Counted from the first letter of the stretch, positions 50,281-61,544 are shown. The stretch: DNA of 64,000 nucleotides from an uncultured Mycoplasmatota bacterium (GCA_900544605.1 UQVP01000001.1:21858-85857), one strand, 5' to 3'. Numbers and translations are program-made. Notes: a model not told the origin generated them from the sequence alone.

Positions 50281-51489
50281 ATGAAGATTATCAAGAAGTT
50301 TTTAAATATTTTTCTCGTTTTAATGCTCTTTTCAGCATCAATTTTTGTCCCAGAAGTAAAAGTTGATGCTAAAACATTAGGTGATTTAAAAAAAGAACTC
50401 GCTGAGATGGAAGCTAATTACAAAAGTAATCAACAAAGTAAAAATTTGACAGAGCAACAAATCAATACTGCAAGATCAGAAATTAATGCAGCTTCTGCTG
50501 AAATAGAAAATTCTCAAACAGAAATAAAAAATTTGAATGACGAAATAGAAAAATTAACAGAAGAAATAAAAAATAAAGAAGAAGAAATAAGAGAATTTAT
50601 TCGTTATTATCAATTATCTAACGGTGAATCTGCTTATTTAGAATATGTTTTTGGAGCTGCTGATTATACTGATTTTATTTACAGATTGGCTATTACTGAA
50701 CAACTAACAAAATATAATGATAATTTGGTTAAAAAATATAATGAAACTATTGAGCAAAATAAGAAGAACGCTCAAACGTTAGCAGATAAACAAGTTGAAC
50801 TTTCAAAAAAACAAGATACTTTAGCTCAGAAGATAGAAAATTTGGGTAGTGAATTAGCTGCCATATCAGATGAAAGTATATCAATAGAAGAAGAAATAAA
50901 AATGCAAAAAGAAGCAATTGATTACTATCAAAATCAATTAAAATGTAAAGATACAGAAAGTTTGAGTACTTGTGGAAGAGATCAATTGCCAGCAAATACA
51001 GCTTTCTTTAGACCTATAACAAGTGGTTATGTTACAAGTGAGTTTGGTCAAAGAACATTTGATTTCCACTATGGTGTAGATTTATCCACAACAGCTGATA
51101 AAGCTCCTGTATATGCTGCAGCATCAGGAGTTGTTATAACAGTTATGTATAAGACAAGTTGTGGAGGTACCAGAGTTTATATTCACCATAATGTAAATGG
51201 TCAAATGTATACAACTTCTTATGGACATTTAAGAGAAGCTCTCGTTTCAAAAGGAGATAGAGTAACAACTAATACTCAAATAGGAATCATGGGAGGAAAT
51301 CCTAATAGAGAGACTTGGGATAAATGTTCAACAGGACAACATGTTCATTTCGTAATTGCTAATGGATTATACCTAAAAGATTATATGTATTGGAGTACAT
51401 TTTTATCAAAATCATTCAATCCAAGAAATCTTGTGAATTTACCATCTGGTAAATATAATTGGTTCTATAATAGAACAACCAAGTACTAA
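50281..51489 (+). CDS. Secreted coiled-coil plus M23 metallopeptidase (PcsB/EnvC-like peptidoglycan hydrolase)
   Basis: Signal peptide; long coiled-coil; M23 motifs HYGVD and HVHF. Confidence 0.8.
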   Translation: MKIIKKFLNIFLVLMLFSASIFVPEVKVDAKTLGDLKKELAEMEANYKSNQQSKNLTEQQINTARSEINAASAEIENSQTEIKNLNDEIEKLTEEIKNKEEEIREFIRYYQLSNGESAYLEYVFGAADYTDFIYRLAITEQLTKYNDNLVKKYNETIEQNKKNAQTLADKQVELSKKQDTLAQKIENLGSELAAISDESISIEEEIKMQKEAIDYYQNQLKCKDTESLSTCGRDQLPANTAFFRPITSGYVTSEFGQRTFDFHYGVDLSTTADKAPVYAAASGVVITVMYKTSCGGTRVYIHHNVNGQMYTTSYGHLREALVSKGDRVTTNTQIGIMGGNPNRETWDKCSTGQHVHFVIANGLYLKDYMYWSTFLSKSFNPRNLVNLPSGKYNWFYNRTTKY

Positions 51490-51556
51490 AAAAGTCAGAA
51501 CTATGTTTTGATTTTTTTTTCGTTTTATGTTATATTAACTATACGAGGTTGATGAT

Positions 51557-53011
51557 ATGAAGAAAGTATTTTTAATTATTTTTATTTTAGTTCTTTCTAG
51601 TGTTACTGTTTTTCTGGGACTTTCAACCCAAAAAAGTTCACAACCTAACACATATTATCAAGTAACTCTAGATGGTGAATTAATTGGTAATATCAAGTCT
51701 AAAAGACAGTTAGAAAAATATATAAGCAATACAGAAGAGTATTTAAAAAACAAATATAATATAAATGAAGTATATGCTCCTAATGGATTAGAAATAAAGA
51801 AGATAGTTAGTTATACCGAAGATATAAAAGATGTTGGTGAAATATATAATTTAATTCAAGATAAGAAACCTTTTACGGTTAAAGGTTATCAATTAACTAT
51901 ATATAATGATGACAATAGTCAAAAAATATATGTTATAGATGATAGTATTTATAAAACATCTTTAGAAAATTCAATAAAAACATTTGTGGGGACAGATGCT
52001 TATAACAACTATATATCTAAGAATCAAGCAAAAATTAAAGATACAGGAACATATATAAATAATATATATATTGAGAATAATATGAGTATAAAAGATGCTT
52101 ATATACCTGCTACTGAAAAAATATATACCTCAGCTGAAGAACTTACTAAATATTTATTATTTGGTACAACAGACCAACAAAAAAAATATGTAGTAAATTT
52201 AGGAGATACAATGGAACAAGTCGCATTTGATAATGAGATAAGTGTGGAAGAGTTATTAATCTCTAATCCACAGTTTAAAAATTCAAATGCATTGTTGTAT
52301 CCGGGACAGGAATTAGTAATAGGAATTTTAGATCCACAAATAAAGGTAACTGTTGAACAACAGGTTGTTGAAGATCTTGTTGATTCATATAAAACAATAG
52401 AGGAAGTTGATGAAACATTAAACTATGGTGTTACAAAGGTAACACAACAAGGTGAAGATGGATTATTAAGAATCAAACAAGATGTAAAAATTACTAATGG
52501 TACAACAGTGTACGTAAAACAAATATCAAAAGAATCTTTAAAACCAGCTATAAATAAAATTATTGTAAAAGGTGGTAAGAGAACCTACGGTATTGGTAGT
52601 ACTTCTTGGCAATGGCCTACTGATAGTGGATGGACGATATCTTCTAATTATTCTTATAGAATTAACCCAGTTACAGGTAGACGTGAGCTTCATGGAGCTT
52701 TAGATATTGCAGGTACTGGATATGGTTCAAATGTATATGCAGCTAATAGTGGCGTTATTTATAAAAAATCATATGATGGAATAAATGGAAACCACATTAT
52801 TATTAATCATAATAATGGCTATTATACGCAATACAATCATATGAGTAGAATGGAATCACTATCTGTTGGTGATGAAGTAGAAAAAGGTCAAGTAATAGGA
52901 TATGTAGGTATGACCGGTCAAGCAACGGGACCACATTTACACTTTGCTGCTTGGTACGGTGGTCCTCCATATAGAGGAACACGTATTAATCCATGGACAT
53001 TATTTAGATAA
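51557..53011 (+). CDS. Membrane-anchored LysM plus M23 metallopeptidase
   Basis: LysM block (VVNLGDTMEQVAFDNEISVEELLISNP...), M23 motifs HGALD and HLHF. Confidence 0.8.
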   Translation: MKKVFLIIFILVLSSVTVFLGLSTQKSSQPNTYYQVTLDGELIGNIKSKRQLEKYISNTEEYLKNKYNINEVYAPNGLEIKKIVSYTEDIKDVGEIYNLIQDKKPFTVKGYQLTIYNDDNSQKIYVIDDSIYKTSLENSIKTFVGTDAYNNYISKNQAKIKDTGTYINNIYIENNMSIKDAYIPATEKIYTSAEELTKYLLFGTTDQQKKYVVNLGDTMEQVAFDNEISVEELLISNPQFKNSNALLYPGQELVIGILDPQIKVTVEQQVVEDLVDSYKTIEEVDETLNYGVTKVTQQGEDGLLRIKQDVKITNGTTVYVKQISKESLKPAINKIIVKGGKRTYGIGSTSWQWPTDSGWTISSNYSYRINPVTGRRELHGALDIAGTGYGSNVYAANSGVIYKKSYDGINGNHIIINHNNGYYTQYNHMSRMESLSVGDEVEKGQVIGYVGMTGQATGPHLHFAAWYGGPPYRGTRINPWTLFR

Positions 53012-53073
53012 CATCTCAAAAGAGATGTTTTTCTTATGAATTTTATAGTATAATAAAAAAGGAGAGTGATAAA

Positions 53074-53517
53074 ATGAAAATAATAATTGGTAATGATCAC
53101 CGCGGTTTAAAATTAAAAGAACAAATATTAAAATATTTATTATCAAAAAATTATGATGTAGAAAATATAGGAACCGATACAGACGCTTCAGTTAATTATC
53201 CTGAATATGCCCTAAAACTATGTGAAAAAGTAAAAAAAGAAAATGGCTTAGGAATTTTAATATGCGGAACAGGAATAGGGATGAGCATTGTTGCTAATAA
53301 AGTAAATGGAATTATATGTGGAAAAGTAAATACTGTAGAAGAAGCAGAGTTAACAAAATCACATAATTATGCCAATGTTATAGCGCTATCTTCTAAATTA
53401 TCTAAAAGAACAGCTATAAAGATGGTTGAAACATTTATAAAGACTTCAAATTCAAATGAGGAAAGACATATAAAACGTGTTCAAGAAATAAGAGAAATAG
53501 AGAAAAATAATGCTTAA
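53074..53517 (+). CDS. rpiB: Ribose-5-phosphate isomerase B
   Basis: MKIIIGNDHRG...CGTGIG RpiB/LacAB signature. Confidence 0.9.
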   Translation: MKIIIGNDHRGLKLKEQILKYLLSKNYDVENIGTDTDASVNYPEYALKLCEKVKKENGLGILICGTGIGMSIVANKVNGIICGKVNTVEEAELTKSHNYANVIALSSKLSKRTAIKMVETFIKTSNSNEERHIKRVQEIREIEKNNA

Positions 53518-53704
53518 AACAATTCTTTATATAATTGTAGTTATCATGTCTATTTGGGCTTTAGATAGTATTAATATAACTAACTTATTTAAAAAGAATA
53601 GGTACTATCAAGCTAGAGTTTTATACCTTTTTGTTTCTATGGCTTTAGCGTATTTAGTAGTAAACTTTTTATATGATTTCTTTCTTTTTTCAAAATTTAT
53701 ATAA
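53510..53704 (+). CDS. Small 2-TM membrane protein (DUF1146/YwzB-like)
   Basis: 64 aa; position near murA/spoIID as ywzB is in Bacillus. Confidence 0.5.
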   Translation: MLKTILYIIVVIMSIWALDSINITNLFKKNRYYQARVLYLFVSMALAYLVVNFLYDFFLFSKFI

Positions 53705-53777
53705 GCTAAGTTTTTTAGCTTTTTTTTGACAAAAAATGTCCATAATATAACATATAATAAAAAAAAGAAGGTATATT

Positions 53778-54692
53778 ATGAAAAAAATCATTTTAATCAT
53801 TTTAGCAATTATTTTTATCCCATATATTATTGTAAGTTTGTTCATAAGAACTGATGATATAAAATTTTATTATAAAGAAGGAATGAATGTTAGGGTAAAA
53901 AGAGAACAAACTAATACTATAGAAGTTGTTCCTTTTGAAGATTATGTTGTTGGTGTTTTAGCAGGAGAAATGCCAGTCAATTTTGAGTTAGAAGCATTAA
54001 AAGCTCAAGCAGTAGCAGCTAGAACATATGTCATGAAAAAAATGAGTGATAATAGAAACCAAGATTATGATATTGTTGATACAGTTCAAAATCAAGTATA
54101 TATTAGTGATGAAGAGCTAAAAGATAAATGGCAAGATAAATATCAAGAACGAATTAATAAGGTAAAAACAGCTGTATTAGAAACAAAAGGAGAATACTTG
54201 TCTTATAATGGCAAAGTAATAGAAGCTTTCTTTTTTTCTACAAGTGTAGGAAAAACAGAAAACAGTGAAGAAGTTTTTAAAGAGTCTCTTCCATATCTTA
54301 GAAGCGTAGATTCGACTTGGGATGAAGAAGTATCACCTGTATTTAATGATTCAAAAGAATACAGTTTACAAGAATTTTTTGAACGTCTAAATTTAAAATA
54401 CTCCGATCAAATTAATGTAGAAGTTTTAAATACTACAAGTACTGGCAGAATAAAAAATATCAAAATTAATGGCAAAAAATTTACTGGCAGTGAAGTATAT
54501 AAAAATTTAAATTTACGTTCAACTTTCTTTGAAATAAATCAGGTTGGTAGTAATGTTATTATCAATACCAAAGGATATGGACATGGCGTAGGAATGAGTC
54601 AATATGGAGCTCTAGCAATGGCAAAAAAAGGTTATAAATATGATGAAATCTTAAAATACTATTATCAAAATGTTCAAATTGAAAAAATTTAA
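53778..54692 (+). CDS. spoIID: Stage II sporulation protein D (lytic transglycosylase)
   Basis: ...VVGVLAGEMPVNFELEALKAQAVAARTYVMKK... SpoIID family block. Confidence 0.85.
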   Translation: MKKIILIILAIIFIPYIIVSLFIRTDDIKFYYKEGMNVRVKREQTNTIEVVPFEDYVVGVLAGEMPVNFELEALKAQAVAARTYVMKKMSDNRNQDYDIVDTVQNQVYISDEELKDKWQDKYQERINKVKTAVLETKGEYLSYNGKVIEAFFFSTSVGKTENSEEVFKESLPYLRSVDSTWDEEVSPVFNDSKEYSLQEFFERLNLKYSDQINVEVLNTTSTGRIKNIKINGKKFTGSEVYKNLNLRSTFFEINQVGSNVIINTKGYGHGVGMSQYGALAMAKKGYKYDEILKYYYQNVQIEKI

Positions 54693-54746
54693 AAAAATTA
54701 GTATAAATAAATCACTTTCTGTTCACACTTAAAATGAGGTGAGAAA

Positions 54747-55376
54747 GTGAAAAGAAGAAAATTAAAAAGACCAGTAGTATACGGTTTATATGCTTTAGGA
54801 TTTGTAATGTTATTAGGAACGCTATATCTTATAGATGGAATGTTCCCAACTAATAGTTTTAATGGTATAAATGATGATTATGTAAATAAGACTGTTTTAG
54901 AAGAAGATGTTCCTGTTGTTAATACAGAAAACACTATTATAAGACCATATTTAGTTAATGATGTAAGTATAGTTAAAAATTATTATGATTATAAAAGTGA
55001 AGCAGAAAATCAAGAAAAATCATTAATCTATTATGAAAATACTTATTTACAAAATAGTGGTGTTAGTTATGGAAGAGAAGCATCATTTGATGTAGTTTCT
55101 ATCTTAGATGGTACTGTTACATCTATTAAAGAAGATCAAAACCTAGGTAAAATTGTAGAAGTAACACATAGTAATGATATTATAAGCATTTATCAAAGTT
55201 TAAGCGATGTTAAAGTAAAAGAAAATCAAGAAATTAAACAAGGCGATATTATTGGAACTAGTGGTACTTGCAATATTGAGAACGATTTAAATAATCATTT
55301 ACACTTTGAAATGATTGTAAAAGGATCAATCGTAAATCCTGAAAATTACTATGACAAAAAAATTTCTGAATTATAG
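54747..55376 (+). CDS. spoIIQ: M23-family peptidase-like membrane protein, SpoIIQ-like by position (spoIID-X-spoIIID-mbl, Clostridial synteny)
   Basis: N-terminal TM anchor; C-terminal M23 HLHFE motif; first HxxxD motif not obvious (possibly degenerate). Confidence 0.5.
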   Translation: MKRRKLKRPVVYGLYALGFVMLLGTLYLIDGMFPTNSFNGINDDYVNKTVLEEDVPVVNTENTIIRPYLVNDVSIVKNYYDYKSEAENQEKSLIYYENTYLQNSGVSYGREASFDVVSILDGTVTSIKEDQNLGKIVEVTHSNDIISIYQSLSDVKVKENQEIKQGDIIGTSGTCNIENDLNNHLHFEMIVKGSIVNPENYYDKKISEL

Positions 55377-55438
55377 AGCTTAGCTCTTTTTTAGAATAAA
55401 AGCACCTCTAAATTATATAATTTATTAAGGGGTGTAAT

Positions 55439-55693
55439 ATGTTGAATAATATTTCTAATCGTGTTTTAGAAGAAGCTAATTATATTATTGATACTCATGA
55501 AACAATAAGAGAACTAGCAAAAATTTTTAGAGTTTCAAAAAGTACCGTTCATAAGGATTTGCATGAAAGATTACTTAAAATAGATAAAGATAAGTTTGAT
55601 ATTGTAGATAAAATTTTAAAATATCATACCGAAATAAGACATATTAGAGGTGGCGAATCGACAAAACAAAAATATTTAAATATAAATAGTTAA
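55439..55693 (+). CDS. spoIIID: Stage III sporulation protein D
   Basis: 84 aa HTH; ...AKIFRVSKSTVHKDL... matches SpoIIID. Confidence 0.9.
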   Translation: MLNNISNRVLEEANYIIDTHETIRELAKIFRVSKSTVHKDLHERLLKIDKDKFDIVDKILKYHTEIRHIRGGESTKQKYLNINS

Positions 55694-55701
55694 AAAGGAA
55701 A

Positions 55702-56706
55702 GTGAATGTTAAAATGTTTGCAAAAGATATAGGAATAGATTTAGGAACAGCTAATGTTTTAGTTTACATTAAAGGACAAGGCATAGTTCTAAATGAACCA
55801 AGTGTTGTAGCAATAGATGCTGAAACAAGAAAACCATTAGCAGTTGGAAGTGAAGCTAGAGAAATGTTAGGAAGAACTCCAGGAACAGTGATTGCTATTA
55901 GACCTATGAAAGATGGTGTAATTGCTGATTTTGATATAACAGAAACAATGCTTAATTATTTTATAAAAAAGATTAATGGTAAAAGTGTATTTACAAGACC
56001 ACGAATATTAATTTGTTGTCCATCAAATATAACTGGTGTAGAGAAAAATGCTATTAAAGAAGCTGCTGAAAGGACAGGGGCTAAAAGAGTATTCTTAGAA
56101 GAAGAACCGAAAGTAGCTGCTATAGGAGCAGGACTTGATATATCAAAACCTGGAGGAAATATGGTTATTGATATTGGTGGGGGAACTACTGATATAGCAG
56201 TATTATCTTTAGGTGGTATAGTTACTAGTGCATCAATTAAAACAGCCGGAAATACTTTTGATACAGATATTGTAAAATATATAAAAGATAAATATAAATT
56301 GCTAATTGGAGATAGAACAGCTGAAGAAATAAAAATTACAATTGGTAATGTATATAAAGCTGATGAAAAAGAAAAAATGCAAGTTAGGGGTAGAGATATG
56401 GTATCTGGATTACCTAGTACAATATCTATTACTTCTAAAGAAGTAGAAGAAGCATTAAAAGATAGTATAGATACAATTATTCATACAGCGAAAAGTGTTT
56501 TAGAAAAAACTCCTCCAGAATTATCCGCAGATATTATTGATAAAGGAATTGTCATTACTGGTGGTGGTGCTTTAATTAGAGGTTTTAGTGAATTACTATC
56601 ACATGAACTAAAAGTACCGGTATTTATTGCAGAAAGCCCTTTAACCTGTGTTGTTGAAGGTGCTGGAATGATGTTAGATAACATAAATAAATTAATAATT
56701 AGATAA
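55702..56706 (+). CDS. mbl: Rod-shape determining actin homolog MreB/Mbl
   Basis: DLGTANVLVY phosphate-1 motif; after spoIIID as mbl is. Confidence 0.9.
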   Translation: MNVKMFAKDIGIDLGTANVLVYIKGQGIVLNEPSVVAIDAETRKPLAVGSEAREMLGRTPGTVIAIRPMKDGVIADFDITETMLNYFIKKINGKSVFTRPRILICCPSNITGVEKNAIKEAAERTGAKRVFLEEEPKVAAIGAGLDISKPGGNMVIDIGGGTTDIAVLSLGGIVTSASIKTAGNTFDTDIVKYIKDKYKLLIGDRTAEEIKITIGNVYKADEKEKMQVRGRDMVSGLPSTISITSKEVEEALKDSIDTIIHTAKSVLEKTPPELSADIIDKGIVITGGGALIRGFSELLSHELKVPVFIAESPLTCVVEGAGMMLDNINKLIIR

Positions 56707-56790
56707 TGGTGCATTTGTAAAATAATTGCACTTTTTTTCTTATTACTTTATATTATTGACTAATTATGTTATAATTAAATAGGTGATTTT

Positions 56791-57852
56791 ATGACTCAAG
56801 AAGTATTAATAAAAATTATGATGATGGTAATTTCAACATTTTTACTAGTTGCATTCCTTATACCATTCATAAAAAAAATCGCATTTCATATTGATGCGAT
56901 GGATATTCCAAATGCTAGAAAGGTCCATACAAAGCCAATGCCTCGCCTTGGAGGATTAGGGATTTACTTAGGATTCTTGTTTGGTTATATGATATTTGGT
57001 CAACATAGTGAAACAATGAATTCCATTTTGATAGGAAGTTTTATAATTGTACTTACAGGTGTAGTTGATGATATTAAACCTTTAAAAGCCTCAACTCAGT
57101 TTATAGGACAATTAATCGCATCATTAATAGTGGTGTTTTATGGAAATATTGTTTTAAAAGATGTCAGTGCTTTTGGTATATATATCAATTTTAGTATTTT
57201 ATCTTATCCACTTACAATATTCTTTATTTTAGGATGTATAAATTGTATGAATCTAATTGATGGATTAGATGGACTAGCTTCAGGTATTAGTTCAATTTAC
57301 TTTTTAACAATAGGTATTATTACAACAATTAAAGGATCAACAGGATTAGATTTTGTTTTAACATTTGTAATGTTAGGTTCAACTTTAGGTTTCCTTGTTC
57401 ATAATTTCTATCCAGCTAGTATTTTCATGGGACAAAGTGGTTCAATGTTCTTAGGATTTATAGTAGCAGTAATTGCTTTATTAGGATTTAAAAATGTAAC
57501 AATGACGTCATTAATAATTCCACTTTTAATATTAGCAATCCCTATTTTAGATACATTATTTGCTATTATAAGAAGATTATTAAAAGGAGAAAATCCTTCT
57601 AAACCAGATAAATTTCACATTCATCATCAATTATTAAATCGTAACTTTTCACAAAGAACTACTGTATTAATTATATATGCAGTAAACTTACTTTTCTCTT
57701 TTGCATCAATTGTTTATGTTTTAAAAGATAGAGTATTAGGATATATAATTTATAGTATTCTTCTTGTTATGGTAGTCTTATTTGTTGCTAAAACAAATGT
57801 TATATTAGATGATGAACAAAAAGATAAATTATTTAAAATAAAAAAGAAATAG
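56791..57852 (+). CDS. tagO: Undecaprenyl-phosphate N-acetylhexosamine-1-phosphate transferase (MraY/WecA/TagO family)
   Basis: Polytopic; DD motif VVDDIKP and family length. Confidence 0.75.
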   Translation: MTQEVLIKIMMMVISTFLLVAFLIPFIKKIAFHIDAMDIPNARKVHTKPMPRLGGLGIYLGFLFGYMIFGQHSETMNSILIGSFIIVLTGVVDDIKPLKASTQFIGQLIASLIVVFYGNIVLKDVSAFGIYINFSILSYPLTIFFILGCINCMNLIDGLDGLASGISSIYFLTIGIITTIKGSTGLDFVLTFVMLGSTLGFLVHNFYPASIFMGQSGSMFLGFIVAVIALLGFKNVTMTSLIIPLLILAIPILDTLFAIIRRLLKGENPSKPDKFHIHHQLLNRNFSQRTTVLIIYAVNLLFSFASIVYVLKDRVLGYIIYSILLVMVVLFVAKTNVILDDEQKDKLFKIKKK

Positions 57853-57919
57853 GTGTTATAAACATCTGTTTTTTTGTATAAAACAATATAAACTTTTCCA
57901 CAATAAAATAGGTGATAAA

Positions 57920-58642
57920 ATGAATTTTAATATGGTGGAAATCTTAGATGTAATTTTAAGAGCATTAATTTCTTTAATTGCTTTGTTTTCGGTTACTAAA
58001 TTATTAGGTAAAAAACAAGTATCACAGTTATCTTTATTTGATTATGTAATTGGCATATCAATAGGTAACTTTGCGGCTGAAATGACGACTGATTTAGATT
58101 TACCTTATCCACATGGTGTTGTTGCAGTCTTAATATTTGGTTTAGTAGCGTATTTAGTATCAGTTTTTACTATGAAAAGTATTTCCTTGCGTAGATTTTT
58201 TATAGGTACTCCAACAGTTTTAATTCAAGAAGGAAAGATTCTTATGAAAGGATTAAAACAAGTTAAGTTTGATGTTAATGATTTATTAGAAGAATGCAGA
58301 GGAAATGGCTATTTTGATATAAGTCAAATAGAATACGCTTTAATGGAGGCAAATGGTAAACTTAGTATTCTTCCTAAGGGAGAAAATCTTCCTGTAACAA
58401 TTAAAGATATGAATATAAAGCCAGAAAAACAAAGTTTGTGCGCCAACGTAATTATTGATGGAAAAATAATGTATACAAATTTAAAAAATATGAATAAAGA
58501 CAAAAAATGGTTAGTGCAAGAATTAAAAATAAAAGGCTATAAGACATTTGAAAATATTTTATTAGCAACCTTGGATAACAATGAAAAGGTTACTGTTTAT
58601 GAGAAAAATAATGATATTGAGCCTCTAGTAATATTAGAATAA
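57920..58642 (+). CDS. YetF/DUF421-family membrane protein
   Basis: N-terminal TM helices plus conserved DUF421 region (judged by eye). Confidence 0.6.
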   Translation: MNFNMVEILDVILRALISLIALFSVTKLLGKKQVSQLSLFDYVIGISIGNFAAEMTTDLDLPYPHGVVAVLIFGLVAYLVSVFTMKSISLRRFFIGTPTVLIQEGKILMKGLKQVKFDVNDLLEECRGNGYFDISQIEYALMEANGKLSILPKGENLPVTIKDMNIKPEKQSLCANVIIDGKIMYTNLKNMNKDKKWLVQELKIKGYKTFENILLATLDNNEKVTVYEKNNDIEPLVILE

Positions 58643-58653
58643 AAAAATATGGC

Positions 58654-59256
58654 TTAGACACCATATTTTTTTAATTGTTTCTTTATTTTTTTAGCTTTAG
58701 ATTTAGTAAGTTTCCCAGTAAAAAGTAAAACTCCCGCACCTAATATTGTAAGCCCTATCATTAAATAATTTTTTGGTTCTTCTTTATAATCCCCCCAAAT
58801 TCCAACTTTATTAGCTTTGCTGATACTTTGATGATCTTCTAAAGTTCCTGTATATTTATAATTTCCATAAAGATATGCAACTTCAGCCAGCCCTTCTTTT
58901 ATTAATTCGTCTTGAAGTAGGTAATCGTCAACCCAAACCCAAACCAAATCACGGTCATATTTATCTTTTTTATCACTATTTTCATCATATTCAATTTCAA
59001 TCTTTTTCGCATTTGTAAGTTTAGAACAAGTATATTTGCTAGCTTCTTTACCAAAAGGTTCAACTCCCTTTGTAGGATGTTTAGTTTCAGGAGTATCAAT
59101 AGCAAGAAATCTAATTTTAATTGTTTCTCCATTTAAATTAACTTTAGCTGTATCACCATCTACACAGCTAACAAAAGTTACTTCGATTTTATCACTAGCT
59201 AAGCAGATATTCATTCCTATAAAAAAGCTAAAACATAATACTAATATCTTTTTCAT
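58654..59256 (-). CDS. Secreted, C-terminally membrane-anchored thermonuclease (SNase fold)
   Basis: Signal peptide; ...FLAIDTPETKHPTKGVEPFGKEAS... matches micrococcal nuclease catalytic region; C-terminal TM plus Lys-rich tail. Confidence 0.8.
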   Translation of the reverse strand: MKKILVLCFSFFIGMNICLASDKIEVTFVSCVDGDTAKVNLNGETIKIRFLAIDTPETKHPTKGVEPFGKEASKYTCSKLTNAKKIEIEYDENSDKKDKYDRDLVWVWVDDYLLQDELIKEGLAEVAYLYGNYKYTGTLEDHQSISKANKVGIWGDYKEEPKNYLMIGLTILGAGVLLFTGKLTKSKAKKIKKQLKKYGV

Positions 59257-59363
59257 ACTATCACCTATTTTATTTTATAATAAAAAATTAAAATATGCTA
59301 GAGCAAAAACTTTACATAAATAATAAAAGTGTGATATAATACAGCGGTTGGAGAGATGATAGT

Positions 59364-61175
59364 ATGAAAAAAATAAGAAATATCGCAATAATCGCCCATG
59401 TTGACCATGGAAAGACAACATTGGTAGATAAATTATTACAAATGTCAGGAACTTTTAGAGAAAATGAAGAGGTAGTAGATTGTGTAATGGATTCAAATGC
59501 CATTGAACGTGAACGTGGTATTACCATTTTGTCAAAAACAACTGCCATTAATTATAAAGGCTATAGAATTAACATTTTGGATACTCCAGGACATGCAGAC
59601 TTTGGTGGAGAAGTAGAACGTATTATGAATATGGTTGATGGTGTACTTCTTGTTGTAGACGCATATGAAGGAACTATGCCTCAAACTAGATTCGTTTTAA
59701 AAAAAGCCTTAGAAGCTGGGGTAACACCTATTGTTGTTGTTAATAAAATAGATAAACCTGCAGCTCGTCCTACTGAAGTAGTAGATGAAGTTTTAGATTT
59801 GTTTATTGAACTAGGTGCTGATGTAGATCAATTAGAATTCCCTGTTATTTATGCTTCAGGTTTAGCTGGAACATCAAGTTTAAGTCCAGAATTAGATACT
59901 CAAGAACATACTATGGATCCTATTCTAGATGCAATAATTAAATATATTCCAGAACCAGATGTAGACATAGAAGGCGGATTTCAATTTCAACCTGCCTTAC
60001 TTGATTACAATGATTTCGTTGGAAGAATTGGTATTGGACGTGTTAAACGTGGTTCTGTTAAAGTAAATGAAATGGTTTCATGCGTTAGATTAGATGGAAG
60101 TATTAAACAATTTAGAATTCAAAAAATGTTTGGTTATCTAGGACTAAAAAGAATTGAAATAACAGAAGCTAGTGCTGGAGATATAATTGCTATAGCTGGA
60201 CTTCCAGATATTAGTGTTGGTGAAACAGTTTGTACAATAGGAAAAGAAGAAGCCCTTCCTCACTTAAGAATTGATGAACCAACTTTACAAATGACATTTG
60301 GAGTAAACACTTCTCCATTCTGTGGAAGAGATGGTAAATTATTAACAGCTAGTAAGATTGCTGAAAGACTAAGAAAAGAAACAGAAAGAGACGTTTCTTT
60401 AAAAGTTGCTCCTAATGATTCAGAATCATTTATTGTTTCAGGACGTGGAGAATTACACTTATCTATTTTAATAGAAAATATGCGTCGTGAAGGTTTTGAA
60501 CTTCAAGTATCAAAACCAGAGGTAATTGTTAAAGAAATAGACGGTGTTAAATGTGAACCTTATGAAGAAGTTCAAATTGATATGCCTGAAGAATACATGG
60601 GTAGTGTAATAGAAGCTTTAGGTAATCGTGAAGCGGAACTTGTTAATATGACACAAGCAGATGGACAAGTAAAAATTCATTATATTATGCCATCACGTGG
60701 TTTAATAGGATTTACTACTGATTTTATGACTATGACTAAAGGTTATGGTATGTTAAATCATTCATATTTAGAATATCGTAAAATGGCTAGTAGCAAAGTA
60801 GGAGAAAGAAAAGCTGGTGTTTTAGTTTCTATGGAAAATGGAAAAGCTACCGCTTATGCTTTAGGTCAATTAGAAGACCGTGGAGTGATGTTTATTGAAC
60901 CTGGTGCAGATGTTTATGAAGGTATGATTGTCGGAGAACATAATCATGAGAATGATCTTGCTGTTAATGTTGTAAAAGGTAAAAAATTAACAAATACTAG
61001 AGCTTCTGGTAGTGACCATACTGTTGTTTTAAATAGACCTCGTAATATGAGTTTAGAGGAAAGTTTAGATTATATTAATAGTGATGAATTAGTAGAAGTA
61101 ACACCTGTTAATTATCGTTTAAGAAAGAAAATTTTAAATACTGAACAAAGAAAAAAATTTGATAGTAGAAAATAA
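59364..61175 (+). CDS. typA: Translational GTPase TypA/BipA
   Basis: [18 protein letters not shown]-motifs; 603 aa. Confidence 0.95.
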   Translation: MKKIRNIAIIAHVDHGKTTLVDKLLQMSGTFRENEEVVDCVMDSNAIERERGITILSKTTAINYKGYRINILDTPGHADFGGEVERIMNMVDGVLLVVDAYEGTMPQTRFVLKKALEAGVTPIVVVNKIDKPAARPTEVVDEVLDLFIELGADVDQLEFPVIYASGLAGTSSLSPELDTQEHTMDPILDAIIKYIPEPDVDIEGGFQFQPALLDYNDFVGRIGIGRVKRGSVKVNEMVSCVRLDGSIKQFRIQKMFGYLGLKRIEITEASAGDIIAIAGLPDISVGETVCTIGKEEALPHLRIDEPTLQMTFGVNTSPFCGRDGKLLTASKIAERLRKETERDVSLKVAPNDSESFIVSGRGELHLSILIENMRREGFELQVSKPEVIVKEIDGVKCEPYEEVQIDMPEEYMGSVIEALGNREAELVNMTQADGQVKIHYIMPSRGLIGFTTDFMTMTKGYGMLNHSYLEYRKMASSKVGERKAGVLVSMENGKATAYALGQLEDRGVMFIEPGADVYEGMIVGEHNHENDLAVNVVKGKKLTNTRASGSDHTVVLNRPRNMSLEESLDYINSDELVEVTPVNYRLRKKILNTEQRKKFDSRK

Positions 61176-61183
61176 AAAAGAAA

Positions 61184-61456
61184 CTAAGAAATTGATTGTA
61201 AATCTTTATTCTTAGTTTCTTTTATTTCGTCTTCATTAAAGAAATTTGTTATATTAGTATCTAAAGCTTTAGCTATCTGTTCTAATGTATCAATTGATAT
61301 TGATTGATAGGTAACAGATTCTAATTTTGCTATAAAACTTTCACTTAGAAGTAGGGCATCTGCTAATTCTCTTTGCGTCATTCCTTTTTCTAGTCGATAC
61401 TTTTTTATATTCTTTCCTATTTTATTATAAATATTCTCATGTTTGCTATTTGTCAT
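61184..61456 (-). CDS. XRE-family HTH transcriptional regulator
   Basis: HTH_3 block GMTQRELADAL. Confidence 0.7.
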   Translation of the reverse strand: MTNSKHENIYNKIGKNIKKYRLEKGMTQRELADALLLSESFIAKLESVTYQSISIDTLEQIAKALDTNITNFFNEDEIKETKNKDLQSIS

Positions 61457-61544
61457 ACTACCACCATATTTATTTTCTCATAGAAATTATTTTTAATACA
61501 TAGACAAATAGTCCATGAAAATGTATAATGAAATTGGTGATTAA

